This document shows, piece by piece, positions 20,295-28,990 of a stretch of 64,000 nt of DNA. The notes beneath the pieces were generated by a model. The model had not been told where the DNA came from. It worked only from the letters and a program-made list of their open reading frames with translations, and made no database searches. The DNA is taken from NCBI GenBank assembly GCA_033764315.1, contig JANRJA010000203.1, forward strand, positions 1 through 64,000. Direction: 5' to 3'. The position numbers were made by a program, and so were the translations under genes. Each line of letters begins with the position of its first letter. Position 1 is the first letter of the stretch. The DNA comes from Oculatellaceae cyanobacterium bins.114. GTDB taxonomy: Bacteria > Cyanobacteriota > Cyanobacteriia > Elainellales > Elainellaceae.

Positions 20295-20379
20295 CTGGGT
20301 CTCCCAAAGTTTTTGCCTATTGCAATTCAGCGGGTAAGCAACCTACCAATCTCTATTCCTTATCTCGCGATTTAGACTT

Positions 20380-20871
20380 ATGCACCCACAAATCGAAAGC
20401 ATCTTCAACGAAGCTGAGAATCGCTATCTCAAACCCGAAGAGTTGAGCACTCTTGGCCAATATGTTGATTCCTTACCTGAGCGACTTGAAACCTATCGCA
20501 CGATTCGCGATCGAGAGCTTGAAATTATGCAGGCTGTCGCAGATCAACTCCAGATCGAGATGCCTCAAGAAAAAGTAGAAAACCTTGAACGTAGTATCAA
20601 AAATGCATTGCTCACACTGCGGTATTGCTCAATGGGCATGTTGTTGAATGATGAATCTTTGGTTAAAGAGCGTCTTATTGACTGGTTGAGTCAAACCATC
20701 AAGGTTTACAACACACAAACCATTGACTCAACACTACATCGGTTACTAAACCAGCAACTCGGTCAAGTGCTCAACCCTCAGCAGTTGATGCTGTTGAATT
20801 CCACATTAACTCCAGCACAAGATGCTTTGTTAGGGCAAGAGACCTTGACTGCTTCTGCATTGGGATGGTAA
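20380..20871 (+). CDS. phycobiliprotein-fold protein, Slr0146-like
   Basis: EAENRYLKPEEL, LPERL and LRYCSMGMLLND. Confidence 0.8.
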   Translation: MHPQIESIFNEAENRYLKPEELSTLGQYVDSLPERLETYRTIRDRELEIMQAVADQLQIEMPQEKVENLERSIKNALLTLRYCSMGMLLNDESLVKERLIDWLSQTIKVYNTQTIDSTLHRLLNQQLGQVLNPQQLMLLNSTLTPAQDALLGQETLTASALGW

Positions 20872-20933
20872 ATGCATTGTCCTCTAACACTCTTTATCCC
20901 TTCTAATCCAAATCTATCCTGGGTTCATGCGCT

Positions 20934-21587
20934 ATGATTTCCGTTGCTGATTTACTCACAAACAACCGAGTTCCGGGTAACTATTTTGCCACTGATGCCT
21001 ATGTTCGGGGCGATCTGGAGATGGGCTTGCTCGAAAATCGACAGGGCGATCGCCTCTTAGCACTGCCAGAAACCTTTATCCAATCGATCTATGCGGGTTT
21101 AGAGCAAGAGACCGGACAAGCCGCCCGGTTGGTGTTGTTCAACTGTGGTCGTTGGTGGGGTAAAAGTTTCTATACTCGTTTTGCTGAACAAATTGGAGAC
21201 TACTACGATATTGCCATTTCAGAAATGGCAATGGTCGAGTTCATGCAGGCTCTACAACAGTGTTGGATTACCCACGGTTGGGGAAAAATTGACCTCGACC
21301 AAAGCTATCAACAGTTTGGTTTCCTGATCGTCAAGATTTGGAATTCTCCATTTGCTAAACTGGCTCCTCCTAAAGATCATCCCGTATGCCACTTAGAGGC
21401 AGGAGTGATGTCTTCCTTTTTTAGCCAGCTTTCGGGTCGAGAATTGCATTGTGTTCAAACCACCTGTGAATCAATGGGAGCCGATTGCAATCGGTTTGTT
21501 TTAGGGTTGCCAAAACGATTAGAACCTGCTGAAACAATGGTTACCAATCTGGATCACGAAAGTATCATGCAACAGCTTTGTCATTAA
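20934..21587 (+). CDS. V4R domain protein, Slr0147-like
   Basis: CGRWWG, HGWGKI and PVCHLEAG...FFS...CVQTTCESMGADC. Confidence 0.88.
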   Translation: MISVADLLTNNRVPGNYFATDAYVRGDLEMGLLENRQGDRLLALPETFIQSIYAGLEQETGQAARLVLFNCGRWWGKSFYTRFAEQIGDYYDIAISEMAMVEFMQALQQCWITHGWGKIDLDQSYQQFGFLIVKIWNSPFAKLAPPKDHPVCHLEAGVMSSFFSQLSGRELHCVQTTCESMGADCNRFVLGLPKRLEPAETMVTNLDHESIMQQLCH

Positions 21588-21603
21588 TATGGCAGGCGAG
21601 AAT

Positions 21604-21634
21604 TTGGTAGGCAAACATTGGTAGGCAAACATTG
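21604..21634. repeat. short tandem duplication
   Basis: TTGGTAGGCAAACA occurs twice in tandem; TTGTACTAAT is also doubled near 21706-21728. Confidence 0.6.
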
Positions 21635-21843
21635 TCTTGCAGTGTTGGTTCAGCTTAGACTGACTCCTACAAAATTTGTCTTGTACAGAATTTGCACAAA
21701 AGAGCTTGTACTAATTTGTACTAATTTGTTGAGTTGCTTTCAATGAAGAAGCGACCTTGAGTTAAGGTGGGCGAAGCCTATCCAAAGCCATAGACTGAAT
21801 AGGTTATCAACTGTTATTTATCAAGTGGAAGTCTACCATTGTT

Positions 21844-23715
21844 GTGTCAAGTCCACTGGGAACTGAGTTAAAACGCTCAAAATATCGCCTCTTAGGACTG
21901 GTTGGGCAGGGGCAGTTTGGGCGAGTATTCTGTGCGGCTCACCGTCGCACGGGTCGTTTAGTTGCCCTTAAAAACCTAGAACACCAGCGGTTTCCGACTC
22001 ACAAGTTTTTGCGTGAACTGCGTATCTTGCTGAGTTTACAGCACCCCAATATTGTGACCTGTTACGCCTTGGAGCATACCCGTACAGGCCGCTATCTCGT
22101 GATGGACTATTGTGAGGGAGGCACCCTCCGCAATTTGATTGATGGGGATTGCAGGCTCAGCATTGCCCAGGCTTTCCAATTAACGAGTGATATTTTAGCT
22201 GGGTTAGAGCATGCTCATCACCGTGGAATTGTGCACTGTGACATCAAACCTGACAACATTTTGTTAAATGTTTTGCCAACAGGTTGGGTTGCTCGGATTT
22301 CCGATTTTGGCATTGCCCGTCTCACTCAAGAACTAGTGGGTCATGAAGGCTTGGGCAACACTGGTTCACCTGCTTATATGGCTCCAGAACGGTTTTATGG
22401 GCAATATTCTCAATCCTCTGATCTGTATGCTGTTGGGGTTCTCTTATTTGAGTTATTAGCCGGATATCGACCTTTTTCAGGAACCCCGGCTGAATTAATG
22501 TCAGGACATCTTAATCGACCGCTTAAATTACCAGAGTCGATTCCAGATGTGTGGCACTCAATTCTCATTACGGCTCTTCAAAAATTGCCAGCCCGTCGCT
22601 TTCGCTCTGCATCCGATATGCTTGTTGCCTTGAGAACAGCTGGGGCGATCGCTGGATGTAATGCTCCCGGAAGTAACCCATCATCTATTTATTTGCCATT
22701 GCTGCAACCCCTGACCGTCATGGAGTCGCATCCTTATATCGCTCGCCACCAGATCCCACTGGAGCGGGCAATCACTTATATGGCGATCGCTCCTTTAGGT
22801 GAAGAAGACTCTACAGTTGCAGGGCTATATTGCGCAAGTGAGCAGCAGTTGACGTGCTATTCCAATGTCAATGCTTTTGTTACTGAACCGCATTCTTCTT
22901 CCAAGCTAGAGCTATCCGCTCCAATAAAAGAGCTAATTTCCTATGCTCAGGGAGGCTGTGCTATTACCTCAACGGCTGTGATGTTAGTCTCACTGCAAGA
23001 CTCACGCAAGCCAAACGTCATTACACCCTCTGAGCACTTATGTCTTGCAGCCGTGGAAACCCAGGGAGATTGGTTGGCGACCGTGTCTTTGCTGCCTGCT
23101 GGAGAAGGCCGTTTGCAGTTCACAAAATTGCAACCTTCGGGTAGGCTAGCTTCTGACCCTATACCCCTCTTAAACCGCGAAAGAGCACAACACTGGGTCA
23201 AATTGCTTGCACTAGACAGGCACCACGTTGCGGTTGTTGCTCGTGTCAGTGGTGATGAGAGCGTTTCTCGTAAACGGAGCAAAACCTCTGTAAATACTGT
23301 TTTTGAGGTGTTGACTCGCCGAGGAACACGATTGGGTATGTTGAGCATTCCAGTGTGTCTGACTCAGATTCACCCAACTCTAACTCCATATCGGTTGATG
23401 GCAACGGATGAGCATGATCCCTATGCTCTGGTCATTGTTGATTTAAAGCCCTTCCGAGTGTTGCGGTTTGGCGTAGAGATTGCTCCTGTGTTTTTGGAGT
23501 CTACTGCATGGGGCTACATTTTGGTCGATGTGGCGGGACAGATCGTGTTGTTAGACAAATATGGGCAGCGCATTGGTCGGATTGAAGGGCCCAGTCATCC
23601 CACAGCGATCGCCTCCGTCAATAGTCATGAGCTGATTGTTGCAACTTGGAACGGAGAGGCAGGGTTCTCTTATGTGATTGATTTACAAGAGTTAGGAGTG
23701 GATTTATTGTTTTGA
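21844..23715 (+). CDS. Ser/Thr protein kinase with beta-rich C-terminal domain (SpkG/Slr0152-like)
   Basis: VGQGQFG, ALK, HCDIKPDN, DFG, GSPAYMAPE and DLYAVG; last gene of the PAP-like cluster. Confidence 0.9.
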   Translation: MSSPLGTELKRSKYRLLGLVGQGQFGRVFCAAHRRTGRLVALKNLEHQRFPTHKFLRELRILLSLQHPNIVTCYALEHTRTGRYLVMDYCEGGTLRNLIDGDCRLSIAQAFQLTSDILAGLEHAHHRGIVHCDIKPDNILLNVLPTGWVARISDFGIARLTQELVGHEGLGNTGSPAYMAPERFYGQYSQSSDLYAVGVLLFELLAGYRPFSGTPAELMSGHLNRPLKLPESIPDVWHSILITALQKLPARRFRSASDMLVALRTAGAIAGCNAPGSNPSSIYLPLLQPLTVMESHPYIARHQIPLERAITYMAIAPLGEEDSTVAGLYCASEQQLTCYSNVNAFVTEPHSSSKLELSAPIKELISYAQGGCAITSTAVMLVSLQDSRKPNVITPSEHLCLAAVETQGDWLATVSLLPAGEGRLQFTKLQPSGRLASDPIPLLNRERAQHWVKLLALDRHHVAVVARVSGDESVSRKRSKTSVNTVFEVLTRRGTRLGMLSIPVCLTQIHPTLTPYRLMATDEHDPYALVIVDLKPFRVLRFGVEIAPVFLESTAWGYILVDVAGQIVLLDKYGQRIGRIEGPSHPTAIASVNSHELIVATWNGEAGFSYVIDLQELGVDLLF

Positions 23716-23839
23716 GGAGAATTGGAGATCCCCTTCTCTATGCCCCCAGAAAAACAGTATCTTAGAGGTTTTAGCAGGCGATCTTGCTACAACTTTGATT
23801 GTGTCTCCATTTCACTAGCTCTCTATCGTTTTATTCTTC

Positions 23840-24553
23840 ATGCTCTACCAATGGCTTACCGATAGTCACGTCATCATGTTTGGGTTGCTCGTCAGTTTTG
23901 CGATCGCCCATAGTGGGTTGGCGGCTTTGCGCCCTACGGCTGAAAAGTTTGTCGGAGCGCGGTTATATCGGGTTCTATTTGCACTGGTCAGTCTGCCTCT
24001 AGCCAGTATTTTGATCATCTATTTCATCAACCATCGCTATGACGGCTTGCGGTTATGGAACGTGCAGGGAGTAACAGGAATAGAACCCTTTATTTGGATA
24101 CTCTCAGCCATTTCATTTGTGTTTCTTTATCCAGCCACCTTTAATTTGTTAGAGATTGCGGCTGTTCAGAAACCTCAAGTTCATTTGTACGAATCAGGGA
24201 TCATTCGCATTACTCGTCATCCTCAAATGGTTGGGCAAATTCTTTGGTGTATTGCCCATACTCTGTGGTTGGGAACAACATTTATGGTGGTCACATCAGC
24301 CGGACTAATTTTGCACCACTTGTTTGGGGTGTGGCATGGCGATCGCCGCTTACAGGAACGTTATGGAGGATCCTTTGAAACCTTAAAATCTCGAACCTCA
24401 GTTGTTCCTTTTCTGGCGATTTGGCAAAAACGGCAAACCCTTGAATTGAAAGAGTTTCTGCGTCCGGCTTATGCGGGGATCGTCGGTTTTGTTTTGCTAC
24501 TTTGGTGGGCACATCCACTTTTGATCCGTGCAACTAGTAACGTAGGCTGGTAG
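23840..24553 (+). CDS. NnrU family membrane protein, 15-cis-zeta-carotene isomerase (Z-ISO)-like
   Basis: HSGLAALR, GIIRITRHPQMVG, WHGDRRL and RTSVVPF. Confidence 0.88.
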   Translation: MLYQWLTDSHVIMFGLLVSFAIAHSGLAALRPTAEKFVGARLYRVLFALVSLPLASILIIYFINHRYDGLRLWNVQGVTGIEPFIWILSAISFVFLYPATFNLLEIAAVQKPQVHLYESGIIRITRHPQMVGQILWCIAHTLWLGTTFMVVTSAGLILHHLFGVWHGDRRLQERYGGSFETLKSRTSVVPFLAIWQKRQTLELKEFLRPAYAGIVGFVLLLWWAHPLLIRATSNVGW

Positions 24554-24595
24554 GATGATCCCAAAGGAAATTTGAATAATTTTTTTAGAGGCGTC

Positions 24596-24955
24596 ATGGT
24601 GCTAACTGTGAATGAAAAAACTTTTACCAAAGAAGTTTTGGGATCGCCGATTCCAGTTGTAGTTAATTTTTGGGCACCGTGGTGTGGCTTGTGTTATATC
24701 GTCAATCCTCTGCTTCTACAAATACAAGAAGATTGGGGGGATCAAGTTAGGGTGGTTAGCATAAACGCCGACGAAAACTTTAAGTTATCTAATACCTATC
24801 GGTTAACAACATTACCTACCGTCATGGTGTTTGAGAGTGGCACCCTGCATCAGCGATTGGACAAGTTTCGCAATCGAGATGACTTGCGGTTAGCGTCTAA
24901 GACCATTCAATCCGCATTAGCAGATCTCAATATGCAATACGGCTACTCGGCTTGA
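24596..24955 (+). CDS. trxC: atypical cyanobacterial thioredoxin (WCGLC active site)
   Basis: FWAPWCGLC; LPT cis-Pro motif; ATG 24596 preceded by AGAGG. Confidence 0.85.
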   Translation: MVLTVNEKTFTKEVLGSPIPVVVNFWAPWCGLCYIVNPLLLQIQEDWGDQVRVVSINADENFKLSNTYRLTTLPTVMVFESGTLHQRLDKFRNRDDLRLASKTIQSALADLNMQYGYSA

Positions 24956-27300
24956 CAGACAATCACCTCAATTGCAGGCAAGGGAACTTCATAAAAGTAG
25001 CGGCGGCGGAACTGCTCTTCGGCGATGGCAGCGAGAAACGGTTCGGCACCTTGTAATGGATTTAACTCTGCTGGATGGGTTTGCCAGTGCATCCAAAATC
25101 CTGACTCTGATGAGGTAATTTCAAACCCTAATGCTTGCAGGCTTCTAAAGCCTAATTGGAGGGTGCGATCGCCGATTCCTAATTTTTCGAGCAACTGGTT
25201 ACGAGTCACAGGCTGTTGTGTTCGAGCCAGATATTTTGCTATCCCAACCAAGCGTCGCCAAATCTCGCTTGGAGGCTCTAACGAAGGAGCAGGGTAAGCG
25301 ATCGCTAATTTTCGTCCCTCTCGTACCGCTCGACGAAACCAGAGTTGCAACTCATCCCAACTATCCGGGCAATGCGTCAGAGGCAATATCTCATGGGTTG
25401 CTAACTCAGCTATTTTTAGGGCAGGGTCAGGAGTATGACGCCAATCTAACAACCCATGAGTTGGGTATGGAGTTGTCAAGGAGCCGTTTGAGTTGTGAGG
25501 ACGCACTGCCAGCAACCGAATTTCATAGCGTTTGTGATACATGTTGAAGTCGAGTTCAGCGATCGCTTCACAACGTCCTTTGGGGATTTCATCTCGATAG
25601 TGCTCCCACCAAATGCCTGGAAATGGACTTGCAGTTGAGTCATCTCGCAGCTCAAACTCCGTCTTGATATATTTAACTTTGCGCCCTCGCCAATCTTTGA
25701 TATTGGCGTTTTTGACCTGCTCAAACCAACAATTGCGGATCAAAAGCCTGGGAACAGAATTGCCCATACCACACGGTTCTAACAGCTTTAGCTCACGAAA
25801 GAGGTCTTTGCCTAACTCAACAACTGTCACCTCTAAATCAGCTTGAATGATTCCACCAGGTTTAGCTTCTCCAGTAACCTGTTGTTCGCGAAGTTGACGG
25901 TTAATAGCTTCCGTAAATATCGGAATATTCTCTATAGGCAAGCTTAAACCCGCCGCAAAGGGATGTCCACCGAAGGTATGCAACACATGCTCTTGAGTTT
26001 TGACCAATTGATACAAATCAATCTGATTGACGGATCGGGCTGAGCCTCGCGCCAACGGACTGGAGCCATTGACTTGATCAGAGGGGTGAGAAAATAGGGC
26101 TTCTGTGCTAAGCAAAATCGTGGGACGACCATATTCTTGAGCGATCTGACCCGCCACTAACCCTAAAACCCCAATACTCCATTGCGGATCGGTCAAGACA
26201 ATAACACTCACCGTTGACAGATCTAAGTCTGCTAGTTTTGCTCTAACCTGTTGGGCAACGTCTTTTTGCAACGCTTTGCGCTGGGTATTCGCAATTTCTG
26301 CATCTTCTGCAAGCTGACGACATCGCTCTAGATCACGACTGGTGAGCAACTCGACCGCAAAGTGAGCATCTCCATAAATGCGGCTAATGGCGTTGATACG
26401 AGGACCCAAACCAAAGGAAATATCAGTGGGGCGATCGCCACTGCGTTTGCACAGTTCCAACAACCGGGCAATACCCGGTCGCCTTGAAGTGGTGGGGTTT
26501 TGGTGTTGACGCAATCGATCAATTCCCTGCTGCGCCAAATAGCGACAATCTCCTTTGAGTTGTACCAAATCAGCAATTAACCCGATCGCCACCAAATCTA
26601 ATAGGTGTTCCAGTGGCTCTTGCGGCACCTCTGGCAATGTAGTGTACAGTGCCTCGACCAGCTTATAGGCGACGGCTACCCCGGAGAGATAAGCAAGGGG
26701 ATGGTCTAACGACAACGATCGAGGATTGAGAATAGCTGCTACGTTAGGACGCTCAGGTGGCAGAGTGTGATGGTCAGTAACGATGACATCAATTCCCAGA
26801 GTTTGAGCATAGTCAATTTCCCTCAAGTTCGTGCTACCTGTGTCACAGGTCACAATCAACTGACATCCTTTAGAGGCCAGGAGATCAATACCACCGATGG
26901 ATAAACCATGCGACTCCAATAATCGATTGGGCACGTAATAAACCAACTGCTCATCTTTCGGAAAGAATTGCCCTAATCCATCCCACAAAACGGCTGTGGC
27001 GGTAATTCCATCCGCGTCAAAATCTCCCCAGATAGCAACCGTTTCCTGGCAATCATAGGCTTGTTGCAGCCGCGCGATCGCCCAATTAACCTCTTCTCCA
27101 AAGGCAAAGGGAGAGGTAGGTTGATAGCAAGCAGGATCTAGAAATCCTGCTAACTCTTGGGGGTGACGTAAACCCCGTTGCCACAGGAGGCGAGCAAGAT
27201 ACTGCCCCGGAACCTGAGCCAAACGCTGCACAACTTTTAGAAAGTCATCTGGAATGTCAAGTGAAGGATGAATTTGCCATTCTGGTGAAGGTTTAGGCAT
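24943..27300 (-). CDS. recJ: ssDNA-specific exonuclease RecJ with C-terminal extension
   Basis: GDFDADG, TCDTG, TDHH, GPRINA, RGSARS and GGHPFAAG. Confidence 0.93.
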   Translation of the reverse strand: MPKPSPEWQIHPSLDIPDDFLKVVQRLAQVPGQYLARLLWQRGLRHPQELAGFLDPACYQPTSPFAFGEEVNWAIARLQQAYDCQETVAIWGDFDADGITATAVLWDGLGQFFPKDEQLVYYVPNRLLESHGLSIGGIDLLASKGCQLIVTCDTGSTNLREIDYAQTLGIDVIVTDHHTLPPERPNVAAILNPRSLSLDHPLAYLSGVAVAYKLVEALYTTLPEVPQEPLEHLLDLVAIGLIADLVQLKGDCRYLAQQGIDRLRQHQNPTTSRRPGIARLLELCKRSGDRPTDISFGLGPRINAISRIYGDAHFAVELLTSRDLERCRQLAEDAEIANTQRKALQKDVAQQVRAKLADLDLSTVSVIVLTDPQWSIGVLGLVAGQIAQEYGRPTILLSTEALFSHPSDQVNGSSPLARGSARSVNQIDLYQLVKTQEHVLHTFGGHPFAAGLSLPIENIPIFTEAINRQLREQQVTGEAKPGGIIQADLEVTVVELGKDLFRELKLLEPCGMGNSVPRLLIRNCWFEQVKNANIKDWRGRKVKYIKTEFELRDDSTASPFPGIWWEHYRDEIPKGRCEAIAELDFNMYHKRYEIRLLAVRPHNSNGSLTTPYPTHGLLDWRHTPDPALKIAELATHEILPLTHCPDSWDELQLWFRRAVREGRKLAIAYPAPSLEPPSEIWRRLVGIAKYLARTQQPVTRNQLLEKLGIGDRTLQLGFRSLQALGFEITSSESGFWMHWQTHPAELNPLQGAEPFLAAIAEEQFRRRYFYEVPLPAIEVIVCQAE

Positions 27301-27308
27301 GCCGACAC

Positions 27309-28907
27309 TTAACGTACCGTCTTGAGGCTTTCAATCCGACGGCTAAACAGATCGGTAAAGATGCTTAAGACAGTGCGATCGCGAGTAATGATATTTGCAG
27401 TTACCGACATCCCAGATTGCAATTGCACGTCTTGGTTAACTTGTCCATCGCTGACTCTGAGAAATTGTTGATCGAGCGTAATTTGAGCTGGAAAGCGATA
27501 GTAAGGATTGATTTGGTCGGGGGGCAAGGCATCCGAGCCGATATTAGTCACTGTACCCTTGATATCCCCAAACTCACTAAAGGGAAAAGAATCAATCCGA
27601 ACATCGACAGGCATTCCTTCACTCACAAAACCAATATCCTGGTTTGTGATGTAGACTTCGGCCACCAAAGCATTACTGGGCACGATTTTGAGAATCGGTT
27701 CACTCGTATTGGCGACAAAGCCAGGACCTTTTGCCTGCAAATCAAACACAGTGCCATCGGTTGGGGCACGCAATGCCTGATACCGCAAGGTTAATTCTGC
27801 TTCACTAAGCTGGCTATCAATTTCAGATAGACGCTTTTCATTTTCAACGATCGCCTTATTCAGTTGACTGTCAATTTCAGCCAACCGTTTTTCATTTTCA
27901 GAGAGGCGATTCAACACATTGTTTTGTGAGAGAGCAACAGTGTTCTGATATTGCTCACCTGCTTGGGCGATCGCAAACTGGAGCCGCTGCTGTTCCTGGG
28001 TTAGACGATCAACTTCAGCTTGACCATTCATCACTTCCTGCTGTTGCCGCAGGTATTGAATTCGTGCTATGCCACCTTGTTCAACCAGCGGACGAATATC
28101 TTCAAGAATGCCCTGGTCAATTTCAAGAGTAGCCCGTGCTGTTGTGAGCTGTACCAGTGTCTGGCTCAGTTGACGTTGAAGCTGGGAGACTTCCAATCGT
28201 GCTGCTGCTGCTGCCGATTGAGTTTCCATCAGTCCTGACTGGAGCCGAGCCTGTTGATCTGGGGTTAAACCTGCCCCTGATGAAGAACCAGTCAGTTGAG
28301 CACGATAAATCTGATTTTCAGCGATGATAGCCGACCGATTAGACGTTAATGCCAGCATTTCAGGTGGCAAGGTTAACCCAGCTCCCTCTGGCACAGGACC
28401 ATCGATACCACTCAATTGACTGCGATAAAAATTATTTTCTTGAATCAGGGAGGTCTTTATCTGTTGTAAGGAGCGTTGTTGAGCAGCGGCAGCCGTGGTG
28501 TCAAACCGAATCAACACGTCACCCTCTTTAACCTGCTGCCCATCATCTACCAAAATTTCTTTGATCACCCCACCGACTGGAGCCTGTACCTCTTGAACCC
28601 GATCCTGAGGCTCTAGCTTTCCAGTGGCTGGCACCGCTTCCTCAATCCGAGCAAAGCAAGCCCAAAGCACAACAAAGGTTGTGACCCCAACAATGCCCCA
28701 AACAATAGACCGTGACCACAACGAGGTTTGCTGAAGCAACACAGGTTGGTCAAACGCCTCGGTTCTAACCAACTTATTAGAGGCCATCGAGGGAGCTGAC
28801 TCTTCTGACCCAGTGTCGTTCACCGTCGCCAATGCACCTCGCCCATTGGGTTTGGTTCCGTTACCGCCACCTCCATTTTGTCCGTTGGATGCAGGATGAT
28901 TGTTCAT
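27309..28907 (-). CDS. HlyD family membrane fusion protein (type I secretion)
   Basis: N-terminal TM helix, APVGGV..ILV.DG, long coiled coil, APTDG, FPFSEFG and LQSGM. Confidence 0.93.
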   Translation of the reverse strand: MNNHPASNGQNGGGGNGTKPNGRGALATVNDTGSEESAPSMASNKLVRTEAFDQPVLLQQTSLWSRSIVWGIVGVTTFVVLWACFARIEEAVPATGKLEPQDRVQEVQAPVGGVIKEILVDDGQQVKEGDVLIRFDTTAAAAQQRSLQQIKTSLIQENNFYRSQLSGIDGPVPEGAGLTLPPEMLALTSNRSAIIAENQIYRAQLTGSSSGAGLTPDQQARLQSGLMETQSAAAAARLEVSQLQRQLSQTLVQLTTARATLEIDQGILEDIRPLVEQGGIARIQYLRQQQEVMNGQAEVDRLTQEQQRLQFAIAQAGEQYQNTVALSQNNVLNRLSENEKRLAEIDSQLNKAIVENEKRLSEIDSQLSEAELTLRYQALRAPTDGTVFDLQAKGPGFVANTSEPILKIVPSNALVAEVYITNQDIGFVSEGMPVDVRIDSFPFSEFGDIKGTVTNIGSDALPPDQINPYYRFPAQITLDQQFLRVSDGQVNQDVQLQSGMSVTANIITRDRTVLSIFTDLFSRRIESLKTVR

Positions 28908-28990
28908 AGAAATCCAGGTTTGAGAGTTCAGTGAGCGAAACTTAAGCGTTAGTCGATCGGGAATGATGCTGGTGATGATTTTAGATGATC

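Noticed and set aside
17761-20871. Calling the globin-fold genes apcA/apcB/cpc
   Set aside because: They are too divergent, lack the bilin Cys, and have no linker or lyase genes nearby
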